A DNA stretch of 64,000 bases. It comes from Dictyostelium discoideum. Taxonomy: Eukaryota. Below the pieces are notes generated by a model, which saw only the letters and a list, made by a program, of their open reading frames with translations, was not told the origin of the DNA and did not search any database. The stretch covers positions 3,680,001 to 3,744,000 of the forward strand of contig CM000154.2 of the NCBI GenBank assembly GCA_000004695.1, given 5' to 3'. The position numbers were made by a program, and so were the translations under genes. This document shows, in pieces, positions 1-15,077 of the stretch. Numbering within the stretch: position 1 is the stretch's first letter; each line of letters starts with the position of its first letter.

Positions 1-1247
1 ATTTTATGTAATGGATTCAATCAAAAATTAACCAAAGGTATAATACCAGAAAGTGTTAAAGAGTTACGTTTAGGTGATATAAAACAAGAATTAATTATTG
101 ATTCAATTCCTAATACTGTAACAACTGTTACTTTATATAATGGATTCAATCAAAAATTAACCAAAGGTTTAATTCCAAAAGGTGTTAAAGAGTTGTATAT
201 AAGTGATATAAAACAAGAATTAATAATTGATTCAATTCCTAATACTGTAACAACTCTTATTTTATTTGATGGATTCAACCAAATATTAACCAAAGGTATA
301 ATACCTGAAGGTGTTAAATTGTTGTATATAAAGTGTTAAAGAGTTACATATAGGTGATATAAAACAAGAATTAATTATTGATTCAATTCCTAATACTGTA
401 ACAACTGTTACTTTATTTGATGGATTCAATCAAAAATTAACCAAAGGTATAATACCAGAAAGTGTTAAAGAGTTGTATATAGGTGATATAAAACAAGAAT
501 TAATTATTGATTCAATTGCTAGTACTGTAACAACTGTTGGTTTATATAATGGATTCAATCAAAAATTAACCAAAAGCATAATACCTGAAGGTGTTAAAGA
601 GTTGTATATAGGTAATATAAAACAAGAATTAATTATTGATTCAATTCCTAATACTGTAACAACTGTTACTTTATGTAATGGATTCAATCAAAAATTAACC
701 AAAGGTATAATACCAGAAAGTGTTAAATTCTTACGTTTAGGTGATATAAAACAAGAATTAATTATTGATTCAATTCCTAATACTGTAACAACTGTTATTT
801 TATGTAATGGATTCAATCAAAAATTAACCAAAGGTATAATACCAGAATGTGTTAAAGAGTTAGATATAGGTGATATAAAACAAGAATTAATAATTGGTTC
901 AATTCCTAATACTGTAACAACTGTTACTTTATGTGATGGATTCAATCAAAAATTAACCAAAGGTATAATACCAGAAAGTGTTAAATTATTACGTTTAGGT
1001 AATATAAAACAAGAATTAATAATTGGTTCAATTCCTAATACCGTAACAACTGTTAGTTTATGTGTTGGATTCAATCAAAATAACCAAAGGTATAATACCA
1101 GAACGAGTTAAATTGTTACATTTAAGTTATATAAAACCAGAATTCATAATTGATTCAATTCATAATACAACAACTGTTAGCTTATTAGAACGTTTTAAAA
1201 TCAATTATCTCGAAAGTATAATTCCAGAGGGTGTTAAATTAAATTAA
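1..1247 (+). pseudogene. FNIP-repeat protein gene, C-terminal part entering from upstream of the window; reading frame broken twice (possible pseudogene, or repeat-collapse/sequence error)
   Basis: About nine tandem 132-bp units, each encoding about 44 aa of the form GFNQKLTKGIIPESVKELYIGDIKQELIIDSIPNTVTTVTLCN (Dictyostelium FNIP repeat, LRR-like). Frame 1 is open 1..336. A partial 22-nt duplication (aagtgttaaagagttacatata, about 323-344) shifts the frame into the long ORF 473..1111. A 5-nt deletion (aatta missing, about 1078-1083) shifts into ORF 1062..1247, which ends at TAA 1245-1247. Confidence 0.55.
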
Positions 1248-2129
1248 AAAAAAAATAAAAATATTAATGATACAAAAAATAAAGTTTAATTTAATATAAA
1301 AAAAGCCAGCCCAAAAAGAATTACAAAAAACTCTCACAAATCCATTTGTGCCCAACTTGTTCCAGTTTTTTTTTTCCAGTTTTATTATTTTATTATTTAT
1401 TTTTTTAATCACCGAATTGTTGTTATTTTAAAATTTTTTTTTTTTTTTTTTTTTTTCATATTATCATAAACAAAAGTATCTTTTTATTTTTTATTTTTTA
1501 AATTTTAAAATTCCAATATATTTTTGTTCAAAGGATAGTACTTGTTCATGTAATAAATGAAATATCACCTTAAAATGAAAAAAAAAAAAAAAATCCATTA
1601 CGCAGGTAATGATGCTTAATTCCAAAAAAAAAAACACTCAAATTAATTTTTTGTTTTTAAAAATTTTATTTAAAATAAATATACAAAAAAACAAATTAAA
1701 TTAAAGTAAAATAAAAATAAGAATAAATAAATAAAAAAAAAATTAAAAAATCAAAGACATAACTCATGAAAAATAAAAAATAAAAACAAAAAGAAAACAA
1801 TAAAAATATTATAATCTGATTAAAATTAAAATAAATATTTATTAAAAAAACTATTAAACGTTTCTAGTTTGAGATCGAATTAATTTTAAAATTTCTTTTT
1901 TTAAATTGTTTATCAGAAAATGAATTGAAACTGATATTTTTTAATTATTTTGAATAAAAGAATTAACATGTATAAAAAATAATTCAATTATAATTAATAA
2001 AAACCATTTTCCCTCACTTTTTTCATTTTTTTCCCACCTAATTTAAATATGTTTTATCCAATAATAAATATACAAAAAAGTGTGTATTAATTTTTTTTTT
2101 TTTTTTAAAACTGGAAATTAAAAGAGCTA

Positions 2130-2450
2130 TTAAATGAATTTGTTGAATGGATTCAATGAAAAATTAAAACCAGGTTTTTATGTGAAGGTATTAAATCGTT
2201 ACATTTATATGATATAAAATAAGATTCTTTAATTAGCAATATTCCAAGATTAGTTAATCATGTTTTATTAAAATTAAAACCCTACATGTATATTGTAAAA
2301 AAAAATGAAGATTCCTTTTTTCAATTTTATACTAAACAAAAACATATTATAGAATTAATTCCAAATATAAAAAATTTATTTTTAAATCCATGGATTTAAT
2401 CAAATTTTAACATCTAGAATAGTATTAGAAGAAGGGATGTGGATTGTTTT
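2130..2450 (+). repeat. Degenerate FNIP-repeat relics (decayed copies of the upstream repeat gene)
   Basis: ttgaatggattcaatgaaaaattaaaaccagg (LNGFNEKLKPG) at about 2140-2230 and ggatttaatcaaattttaacatct (GFNQILTS) at about 2390-2430. Both have stop codons and no long ORF. Confidence 0.35.
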
Positions 2451-2835
2451 TACAAGAATTAAAACTAAAACAGGTGATTCAATTGAAAAAATTAATAATT
2501 TACCATCACTATTAAATATATTAAATATTTAAAAAAATTTAATAAACATTAAAAACTCTAAATAATTTTTTTTTTTTTTTTTTAGATATATTGAAAATAA
2601 TTATAACTTTTCTTTTTTTTTTTTTTTTTTTTTTGATTTGAAAATTAAATAAATATAGTCGTAAAAAGTCTTAGTTTTTAAAATATTCGGATTAAAAAAA
2701 AAAAAAAATCAAAAAATTATGTTTGCAAATTTGCGAATGGCCGCATCGGCATTTTAATTAAAACAAATAAACTTTTTTTTTTTTTTTTATTTTTTTTTTT
2801 TAATTTTTATATTTTTATCGTATTTTTTAACTTAA

Positions 2836-2878
<43 letters not shown>

Positions 2879-3215
2879 ATTTATTCTACTTTTTTTTTTA
2901 TATCTTCAAAGTAAAGATAGTGTAAGTAAAAAATAGGGTGGGTCTTTTTTTATTTTATTTTTAGAATAAAATGAACAGACACACACCCTTACGAAATTAT
3001 TTTTTATTTTTTTTTTTTTTTTTTCTACACTTTTTTTTTTTTTTTTTTTTTTTGTAAATTATTTTTTTTTTCTCCACGCACCTAAAATCCTTAATTAGTT
3101 TGTTTAAACATTCATATATTAATCTTTTTTTTTTTTTTTTAAAAAAAATAAAAATAAATAGCTTTCTTTTTTTTTTTTTTAATATAGTAAATATATATAA
3201 ATAAATAAATAAAAA

Positions 3216-5745
3216 ATGACAATAAAAAATAATATTTTAGTTATTGGTAGTGGTAGTAGAGAACATGCAATTACATGGAAATTATTAGAATCTAATCAAG
3301 TTGATAAAGTTATATTAGTACCAGGAAATGCATCAAGTTCAACAATGGAAAGAGTTATAACAGTTGAATGTTCAAAAATTGATGCAGAATCAATCTCAAA
3401 CATTTGTAAAGAACATAATGTGGAATATGTATTTGTCGGACCAGAGGTACCATTAGTAGATGGTATAGTTGATGGATTAAAAAGAAAAGGTATCTCTTGT
3501 TTTGGTCCAACCAAAAAAGCTGCACAATTAGAAGGTTCAAAAGTATTTTGTAAAGATTTTATGGCAAGAAATAATATTCCATCTGCACGTTATCAAACTT
3601 TTACTGATTATAATAAAGCAAAACAATATATTGAATCTTTAAATTATAAAATTGTGTTAAAGGTAAATATATTAAAATAAATAAAAATAAATATAAAAAT
3701 ATTATTATTAATAGTAATTTTATAATTTATAATTAATTAAAAAGGCATCTGGATGTGCAGCAGGTAAAGGTGTTTTAATACCAAATAATAAAGAAGAAGA
3801 ATTAGAAGGATTAAAAAGAATTATGGTTGATAAAGAATTTGGTAGTGCAGGTGATGAAATTGTAATTGAAGAATTTTTAGATGGTGAAGAATGTAGTTTA
3901 ATGTGTTTTTCCGATGGTTATAGTTTAGTAGTTATGCCACCAGCACAAGATCATAAAAGAATATTCGATGGTGATAAAGGTGCCAATACTGGTGGTATGG
4001 GTGCATATGCACCAGCACCATTCATTGTAGACTGTAACAATAATGCTACCACTGATAAAAGTAAATCAAAGAGTTCATTTGGTACAATTATTGATCGTTG
4101 TGTTGAAACCATTTTAAAACCAACAATTAATGGAATGAGAAAAGAGGGTAAACCATTTGTTGGTGTTTTATTTGCAGGTTTAATGGTATCATCATCATCA
4201 TCAACAACCAATGATAAAGTTATCAATGTTTTGGAATTCAATTGTCGTATGGGTGATCCAGAGACTCAAGTAGTTTTACCATTGTTAGAGACTGATCTAT
4301 TTGAAATTGTATTGGCATGTATTGAAGGTCGTTTAGATGGATTGGATGTAAAATGGTCAAATAAGTTTGCAGTAACTGTTGTTGCCGCTTCAAAAGGTTA
4401 TCCAGATTCTTATCCAAAAGGTTTGAAAATTAATGGTTTATTAGAGAATAAAAATACAAATGATAATATTATTTTTCAAGCTGGTACAACTGTAAATGGT
4501 AGTAATGATATTGTTACAAATGGTGGTCGTGTTTTATCATGTACATCGGTATCGGAGTCATTAGAAGATGCAATAAAGAATTCATATAAATTAATTGAAA
4601 CTATTAGTTTTGAAGGTATGCAATATCGTAAAGATATTGGTCAAAAAGCATTAAACCATTTGGAAAGAAAGAAGCAACAACAAGCCAATTCAAAACAATC
4701 TGTATCCTATAGTGAATCAGGTGTTGATATTGAAAGAGGTGATGCTGTAGTTGATAATATTGGACCATTGGCAAAAGCAACCACTAGATTGGGTTGTGTT
4801 AGTGATTTGGGTGGATTCGGTGCATTATTCGATACAAAAGCAGCAGGATTTAGAGATCCAATTTTAGTATCAGGTACTGATGGTGTTGGTACAAAATTAA
4901 AGATTGCACAAGAACTTGGAATTCATGATAGTATTGGTATTGATTTGGTAGCAATGTGTGTCAATGATGTAGTTGTTCAAGGTGCAGAACCATTATTCTT
5001 TTTAGATTATTTCGCCACTGGTAGAATTCATGTAGATGTCGCAACTCAAGTTGTCTCTGGTATTGCACGTGGTTGTAAAGAATCTGGTTGTGCATTAATT
5101 GGTGGTGAAACAGCAGAAATGCCAGGAATGTATAAAGATGGTGAATATGATTTAGCAGGTTTCAGCGTTGGTGCAGTTGAACGTGACCAAATGTTACCAT
5201 CAAACATTCAAGAGGGTAACATTCTATTGGGTCTTGCATCAAGTGGTGTTCACTCAAATGGTTATTCATTGGTTAGATATTTAATTGAAACCAAGAGTGG
5301 TGGTTTAACTTATAATTCAATTGCACCATTCGATTCAAGTAAAACACTTGGTCAAGTATTATTAACACCAACTAAACTCTATGTATTATCTTGTCTTGCA
5401 GCAATTAAAAGTGGTGGTGTAAATGGTTTAGCTCATATCACTGGTGGTGGTATCACTGAGAATTTACCAAGGGTAATTCCAGATGGTTTAGATTGTGAAG
5501 TTGAATTGGGTAGTTGGGAAATTCTTCCAATCTTTAAATATTTAGTTGAACTTGGTAATATGGAAACTGAAGAATTATTAAAAACTTTCAACTCTGGTAT
5601 TGGTATGATTTTAATTGTTTCACCTGATAAAGTTGATTCAATCACTAAATCTTTAGAATCAAATAATGAAAAAGTTTATAAAATTGGTAAAATTATAAAT
5701 TCAAAAACTTCAAAACAATCAAAATCAAAAGTAATTTATAAATAA
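3216..5745 (+). CDS. purD: Bifunctional phosphoribosylamine-glycine ligase / phosphoribosylformylglycinamidine cyclo-ligase (GARS-AIRS), 2 exons
   Basis: Exons 3216..3662 and 3745..5745, with an 82-nt AT-rich intron (gtaaat...aaaag). The N-terminus MTIKNNILVIGSGSREHAITWKL and GDEIVIEEFLDGEECS are GARS ATP-grasp motifs. The C-terminal half has AIR-synthetase motifs (GGFGALFD, VAMCVNDVVVQGAEPLFFLDYFATG, LAHITGGG). There is no GART domain. Confidence 0.9.
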
Positions 5746-5749
5746 ATAA

Positions 5750-5783
<34 letters not shown>

Positions 5784-5882
5784 TGCATTTTAATAAAAAT
5801 AATAATAATAATAATAAAAATAAAAATAATAAAAGAGATAGTTTATATTTTAAAAAATAAATAAATAAATAATTTTTTTTTT

Positions 5883-7136
5883 TTATTTTCTTTTATTTAG
5901 TAATCCATCTAAAATTTTTTTTTTTTTTTTAATATTTAACGAAGTTGTTGAAGTTGTTGTTGTTGTTGTTGTAGTTGAAGTTGAAGTAGTATTATTATTA
6001 TTATTTGAAGAAGTTGTAGTTGTAGTAGTTGTTGTTGTCGATACTAATGAAGATAAATTTGAAATTGAAGTTGAAGTTGTTGAGGTTGTTTGAATTTTAT
6101 TACAATTATTATTAAAATTTGTTGTTGTTGGTATTGTTGTTGGTTTATAATAATTATTAAAATTTTGATTTATTTTTAAAAGATTTGAAAATTCAATTAA
6201 TTGATCATCTTTAAATTGGTTACCATCTAATTCAAATGATTGAATAATTTTATTATTATTAAAAATTGATAAAATTGATTGATAACATTTTTTAATTGAT
6301 TGTTCAGAATTTAAAGATTGATCTAATAAATTATTAAATGAAATATTTAAACCGGTTAAAGTTGAATTATAATTTTCTAATGAGTTTGAAATTGAAATTA
6401 ATGAATTTGACAATAAATTATTAAAACTTAAATCTAAAATTTCTAAAGATTTATTTTCTTTTAGCATTGTTGAAATTATTAAACCAACATTATTATTATC
6501 AATATTATTATTATTATTATTATTATTATCTAAATCAGAAATATTATTATTTCTTAATAATAATTGTTTTAAATTTGATTGATTATTAATTTTTAAAGAA
6601 TCCATTAATTGTTTACAACCAATTGATTGGAAATTATTATCAGATAAATCTAAAATTTTTAAATTTGAATTTTTTAATAACATATTTGAAAAGTCAATTG
6701 AAACATCATCACCATTAAATAAATTATTTGAGAGATAACAATATTCTATGGTAGTGTTATGAATTAAACTATTTGATAAAGAAATACCAGTTTCTTTTGA
6801 TAATTGATTATAAATTAAACTAATTGTAATCAATGATTTATTATCTTTTAATGCCGATGCTATCTTTTCACCAGATTCATCATCCAATTTCAAATAATTT
6901 AAATGAAGTGATGTAATTGATTTTGTATAATAAATCAATTCAAATAATGACATATTAAATGGTTTACCAAATGTATTATGACTTAAATTTATAGATTTCA
7001 AAGTTTTATTATCACCAAGATTTCTAATTGCATCAATCATTTTTGAATTAATTGAAATTGATGATGGTGATGATGGTATCCAATTTGCACTTGAAAAATG
7101 AAAATCATTACCACTACCAACCATCATCCAAGAATG

Positions 7137-7169
<33 letters not shown>

Positions 7170-8453
7170 TGTTGATGGTGGTGTACCTAATAATAATGAA
7201 TTAAAATTAAAATTACCACCATTAAAATTACCACCATTACCAATATTATTATTATTACTATAATTACTATTATTACTTAATGAATTTGTAATATTAAAAT
7301 TATTTGTTGAATTATTATTTGGACTATTTAATGATAATAAATTAATATTAAATCCATTTGATGATGATGATGATAATGATAAATTTATATTATTATTATT
7401 AACTTGTAATAATGTTGTTGATGATGATAAATTATTATTATTATTATAATTATTATTTATAATTGTATTATTTGTATTTGTATTTGGTGTTAATGGTGGT
7501 GACGATAATGAAAAATTTTGAACCATACAATCTAATCTACAAACTGCTTCTAAATTTATATTTGTTATTGAATGATTTTTATGTAAACCTTCAATTATTG
7601 CTTTTAAACCAGATATTTTAAATTCATTGAATGATAAATTTAAAATTTTTAATGTATGATTATGACGTAATGCATCACCAATTAAAATACCATCCTTTTC
7701 ACGTAAAAAATTTCTTGATAAATTTAAATCTGTCAATACATTATTATTTTTTAATGAAGAGATAATAATTGATGAACCATTTGAAACTAAATCTAAATTC
7801 ATTAATTCTAATTTCGTTATTGAATATTGTTGACAATTTATCAAGATTTCACTAATTCTTTCACCGAAATTTCTTTCATTATCTAAACAATAATTTACTA
7901 AACTTATAGTTTGAATTGTGGTACATTGATTTAAAAATTGTTGTAATTTACCATTGGTAATTTGATATGAATTATTTCTAGGTGTACCAATTACAATTGA
8001 TGTACTTTTAATTAAATTATTATTATTACTACTATTGTTTTTTGATGATGATGATGATGATGAACAAAATGAATTTGAAGATGAATTTGAAGATAAAGAT
8101 GAGGATGATGAAGATGTATATGGTTGTGGTTGTTGTCTTGTTATATAAATATCTGTAAATTTACATTCTCTACCATTTGGAATTAATGGATTGGTTGCTA
8201 ATTGTAATATTTTTTCAAAACTTGAATGTTTAAAAAAACAAAAATGATATGGTACAATTTGTGATCCCCATTTTTTACAAACTAATGATAATTTTATTAA
8301 ATTATATAATGTTGGATCATCTTGACTATTCTTTTCAATAATTATTGATATAATTGTATTTGGTAAATTATAAATTATTGTTTTTTTTTGATTTTTCATT
8401 TCTTTATTTAAAATTTTATTATTATTATTATATATAATATTATTACTTAACAT
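5883..8453 (-). CDS. F-box-like / leucine-rich-repeat (RNI-type LRR) protein, single exon, 856 aa
   Basis: N-terminal LPNTIISIIIEKNSQDDPTLYNLIKLSLVCKKW resembles an F-box. Multiple about 28-aa RNI-like LRRs follow (LTDLNLSRNFLREKDGILIGDALRHNHTLKILNLSFNEFKISGLKAIIEGL; LDLSDNNFQSIGCKQLMDSL; LEILDLSFNNLL). Long poly-N/S/T tracts are present. Confidence 0.8.
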
Positions 8454-8731
8454 AAATTTTTTTTTTTTTATTTCTTTTAAATTTTTTTTTTTTTTTTTTT
8501 TTTTTTAAAATTTTATTTTAAAAAATTGGTATATTTATTTTAAATGATTTAAATTATTTTTATTATTATTGGTTTTATTTTTATTGGGACAAATAAATAG
8601 GAGTTATTATTTTAACTATTATTACAAATTAATATTTTTTTTTATTTTTTTTATTAATTTGTTTATTTTTTTTCTAATGACAAAAAAAGTAATAAGGAAA
8701 AGTAATAAGGAATGTAATAAATTTTATTATT

Positions 8732-8769
<38 letters not shown>

Positions 8770-9212
8770 TTTTGTTTTGTTTACTTTTGGCACAAAACCA
8801 CCCTAAAAATAATTAAACAAGTAATCAAAAAAAAAAAAAAGGAAAAATTATAATTATCCAAAAATTAAAAATTTAATTAAAAAAATGTTTTCCCCCCCTT
8901 CCAATTAAATTAATTTTAAGTTTTTTTTTTTTTTTTTTTCATCCCATTTTTAAAAAAGGAAAATTTGATAATTTCGGTGGAGGTTTTAAAAAAAAAAAAA
9001 ATTTAATTTTAAAAAAAAAAAAAAAAAAAAGGTTAAAAAAAAAATTTAAAAAAATTTTTTTAAAAAATAAAAAAAATTTTTATTTAATAATTTTTTAAAA
9101 ATAAAATTTAAAAAAAAAAAAAACAATTAAAAAATATTATTTTTTAATTTAAAAATATTAAAAAAAAAAATGAAATGATGCAAACACACATAAAACACAC
9201 ACTTAAAAACCA

Positions 9213-9248
<36 letters not shown>

Positions 9249-9347
9249 ATTTGGAAATCAAATATTTTAAGAATATGTGTTTAGTGAAAAAATGTTAGTA
9301 GTATAAACAATTGGATTTATTTATAAATTTTTATAAATTAAAAAAAG

Positions 9348-9382
<35 letters not shown>

Positions 9383-9896
9383 TTAACCAAAATACCTTAA
9401 AAACTTTAATTTTTTTATTTGATAACAAATTAATTTTCTTTTTTAAAATTATATTTATTTTATCAAAGAAAATTTTTTTTTTTTTATTTTTTTTACTTCT
9501 TTTTTTAATTTTAAAATTATGTTTATATTATTAAAATAAATTTTTTTTTTTTTTTTTTTTTTCCTTTTTTTCTTTAAAGATTTGTATAAATATTTATTTT
9601 GCAACAAATAACGACAATATTTTAACTGTATGTTTCTATTTATAACTTTTTTTTTTTTTTTTTTTTTTTTTAATTTTTATTTTTTTTCAAAATATCTCAA
9701 TTGATTTCTTTGAAAATATTTCTAAAAAGTTTTTTTTTTAATTTTTATTTTTATTTTTTTTTTTATTAAACAAAATTGCTTTGACAATTTTAATTCAATT
9801 TTTTTTAATTTTTTTTTTTAATTTTTTTTTTTTTTTTTTCTAACTCAAAATTAAAAAAAAATAATTTAAAGGATTTCTAAAAATTTTGAAAATTGT

Positions 9897-12063
<2,167 letters not shown>

Positions 12064-12216
12064 AATTAAAAAAAAATAAAAAAAATAAAAAGAATCTTGT
12101 ATATTATTATTATTTAAAAAAAGTAATTTAAAGTAACTTGTTCTCTCTCTCTCTCTCTCTCTCTTCTAAATACAATGTTTTATTTCTTTATTTTTATATG
12201 TATGTGTATATTTATT

Positions 12217-13170
12217 TTATTGTTTATTTAAATTCATTAAAAGGTTACCACTAGTTGGTACATAAGTAACTTGTTTTGATTTTGATAAAGATTCAGTGAT
12301 ATCTTTGTAAGCTTCAATACGACGTAATTCAATGAAAGCAGCACTATTACCCATAGCTTGACCAATAAGTTTTGCAGCTTCAGCTTCACCTTCAGCTCTA
12401 ATAATGTTTGCTTTTTTCTCTTGTTCATTTTTCATTACAATATATTTTGAACGTTCAGCTTCTTGTTGAGCAACTTGTTTATGTTCAATTGCATTTGTAA
12501 AATCTTGTGAAAAACTAAGATGTGTAATTGAAACATCATCTAATAATAAATTAAATTCTTTTGCTCTTTTCATTAATGATTCACGAATTTCTTTTGATAC
12601 AACTTCTCTTTGTGTAATTAATTCTGTTGCATCATATTGTGCCTTTTATTTTATTTTATTTTATTTTATTTTATTTTATTTTATTTTATTTTATTTTATT
12701 TTATATATATATATAAAGTATTAATGATATGATGTGATATATGATATATTGAGTGATTGAGATTGAGATTGATTACTTACAACAACAGATTTTAAAACTT
12801 CATTTCCAAGTGATGGTAAAATTCTTTCATCATAATCTAAACCTAATTTACTAAAGATTGATGGAAGATGTTCAACATCTGGTCTAAATAAAACACGAAC
12901 TGTGACACTTACAGTTTGAAGATCTTTACTACCAGTATCACTCTTTATGTTTCTTGGTGATGATCTAATATCGAAAATGATTGGTTTTTGTAACCATGGC
13001 ATAATGAAATGTGTACCTTCTCCAACTGATTTCTCTTTAACACCACTAATTCTATCGAAAATAACTGCTCTTTGTCCACCATCAACTGTATACATTGAAC
13101 TTTGTGCTAATGATAAACCAGTACCAACTGTAAGTGCAAGTGGTATAAGTTTATTTAAAAATGATTGCAT
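12217..13170 (-). CDS. phbA: Prohibitin (PHB1-type), 2 exons
   Basis: Exons complement 12781..13170 and 12217..12642. The 138-nt intron (donor gtaagt) contains an (ATTTT)9 microsatellite. The protein is about 271 aa and aligns throughout with prohibitin-1 ([37 protein letters not shown]). Confidence 0.9.
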
Positions 13171-13575
13171 CTTTTGTTTTGATTTTGAAACTTTTTATTG
13201 AATAATTATTATTATTATTATTATTATTATGTGTTTTATAAAGTTGCTATGAAAATTTATTAATAAATTTTTTTTTTTTTTTTAGAAGATGAATTTGAAG
13301 TGGAAATTAAAAAAATTAAAAATTAAAAAAAAATAAAAAATAAAAAAAAAATAAAAATAAAAAATTGGATGTGCGTAATTCCAACTTGTCAAATTCATCT
13401 CAAAAAAATTATTAATATTTATGTTATTCTTTAAAAATTTATTTTTAGTTTGTTTAAATATTTTAAAATAAATAAAATCATGATTAATTTACAAAAAAAA
13501 TTAAAATTATTCCAAGTTTATAAATAAATGAAAAATCGTAATTTATTTAAATATTAATTTTTAATTTTCATCAAA

Positions 13576-13648
13576 GCCCGTTTAGCAAAGTTGGAATTGC
13601 GGCAGCCTTCTAAGCTGCAGGTCGTGGGATCGAGACCCACAATGGGTG
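13576..13648 (+). tRNA. tRNA-Arg (anticodon UCU)
   Basis: Folded by hand. Acceptor gcccgtt/aatgggt (two G-U pairs). D stem gcaa/ttgc with loop agttggaa. Anticodon stem gcagc/gctgc with loop cTTCTaa (U33, anticodon TCT, purine 37). 5-nt variable loop. T stem gtggg/cccac with loop atcgaga. Discriminator G. Total 73 nt, followed by T-rich run ctttttaaa (pol III terminator). Confidence 0.75.
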
Positions 13649-13677
13649 AAACTTTTTAAAGGTGTACCAATAATGGT

Positions 13678-13695
13678 CGCAGGTTCGATGTCATA
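13678..13695 (+). promoter_or_regulatory. External B box (ex-B) downstream of the tRNA gene
   Basis: gcaggttcgatgtc matches the GGTTCGANNC B-box consensus about 35 bp 3' of the tRNA. Extra downstream B boxes are a known feature of Dictyostelium tRNA genes. Confidence 0.45.
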
Positions 13696-13699
13696 TTAA

Positions 13700-15077
13700 A
13701 TCCAATTTATGTAAAGATCTTGGAAACGACCCTTATGGTCATCTCTTTATTGTAAAAAAAAAAACCACAACAACACTACTTAAACCGCACCGCGATCAAG
13801 AGGATACAAGATACACGTGAAAAGTAATTCATCCTTTTCTATCCTTAATCTCGGTCAATTTTAACCAATCTTTCAAAAAAAATCACCAATCCACCACGAT
13901 CTACAGATCTAACTTACCAAATCGCCGATTCAAAGGAATCCCATCGAGATGAATTCCTACGCAGACGCGGCTAAAATGGCCAACCCCTCCACCCATATGG
14001 ACGAGGCATCAGAGAACTTCATTAAGGAATTCTCCACAAAAACAGCAGAGATAAAGGAGACCTACCCCAAATTATCAATAGGCCTCAAAGACATCTCCAA
14101 ATACTGCGAGACCATATTGAACATGACTGCTCTCTCAACCTACGAGAAAAACAACGGATTCTACCCAATTACACTCGAATTCCCCAAAATGGATCTCATG
14201 GGGTTAGAAGAAATGAGAAAAACACTCTCAAACTACGATATCCCAATCGACAAGATATACATAGGCAAAGGAACTAGAAAAACGATCCACCTGATGATTA
14301 AAAACGAACAATCTCTCCTAAATATCATTAGAGATAGAAGCAAATTGGGAACCTTCATCACCTCCAGTAGAGACTACCACGTCCTCACAGGAAGAGTAAG
14401 AATTCCAAGAGAAAAGGCAGGAATAGTGGACGCCCTCATCAAAACTGCCTTTGCAGAAGAAATACCCTATGCAATATACCATACTATATACTCCACCGAC
14501 CACCTCCTAGTATTCGGTCTAATAGAATGCAAAATAGGCGATCAAATGAAATCTGGCCAACACAATACAGAAATCGCCAACTTTACCATCAGAACGGCCA
14601 CCAAAACCTACTCCTCACAAAAGAAAAATAAGAAAGTAGAGTCAAACAACACGGAAGAACCATTAGAAGATGAGATGACAGATGATCCTCCCAACATCCA
14701 AAACAGGATAGCAATCAAATCCTCTCAACCAAAACCACAACAACAAACAAACAACNNNNNNNNNNNNNNNNNNNNNNNNNNNNNNNNNNNNNNNNNNNNN
14801 NNNNNNNNNNNNNNNNNNNNNNNNNNNNNNNNNNNNNNNNNNNNNNNNNNNNNNNCTTCAACGATCAAGCTAAGAAAAACAACAGCTAATTACTATTGTA
14901 TTCCAGAATCATCTCTCCCAAATATTATATCTTTTGATCAATTCATATGATTAAAATAACCCTTCAGCTTAAATGATAAGCCTTTAAATAAATATTAAAT
15001 AAAACTCGTATTAACACAGATGGACATATATCAATCTTGTTAATCTAATATTAAAAAAAAAAAAAAAAAAAAAAAAT
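13700..15077 (+). mobile_element. tRNA-gene-targeted non-LTR retrotransposon (TRE3-like position, downstream of a tRNA), 5' part plus 3' end with poly(A); interior lost in an assembly gap
   Basis: A sharp composition switch begins about 60-120 bp downstream of the tRNA: GC-richer sequence with C-ending codons (atc, acc, ctc) unlike host genes. ORF 13949..14755 (MNSYADAAKMANPSTHMDEASENFIKEF...) runs into a 100-N gap at 14756-14855. After the gap about 200 bp of non-coding sequence ends in poly(A) 15053-15077. An internal A12 at 13753-13765 suggests a nested or earlier truncated insertion. Confidence 0.55.
14756..14855. other. Assembly gap (100 N) inside the retroelement
   Basis: Run of n. Confidence 1.

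Noticed and set aside
1-1250. Regular 132-bp direct repeats that superficially resemble a CRISPR array
   Set aside because: The repeats are contiguous with no spacers, they are in-frame protein-coding (FNIP repeat), and the genome is eukaryotic. This is not CRISPR.
3296-5645. Antisense ORFs inside purD (3296..3514, 3355..3540, 3951..4241, 5433..5645)
   Set aside because: They are fully embedded antisense to a highly conserved coding sequence, are short, and have no recognisable products.
8569-8853. ORF 8569..8853 and similar F/K/L-rich ORFs (15527..15757, 15779..16036, 30574..30768, 30786..31013, 35346..35558, 37456..37737, 40715..40912, 41120..41608, 43032..43226, 58462..58671)
   Set aside because: They are translations of A/T homopolymer runs in intergenic DNA, with extreme low complexity (poly-F/K), no start context and no conservation.
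12237-13201. ORFs 12237..12428(-) and 12947..13201(+) overlapping the prohibitin gene
   Set aside because: They are alternative-frame or antisense overlaps of a well-conserved gene.
13660-13700. Second tRNA-like fragment (ggtcgcaggttcgatgtc) right after the tRNA-Arg
   Set aside because: Only a T-arm/B-box-like segment is present, with no acceptor, D or anticodon arms. It is better explained as the external B box typical of Dictyostelium tRNA loci.
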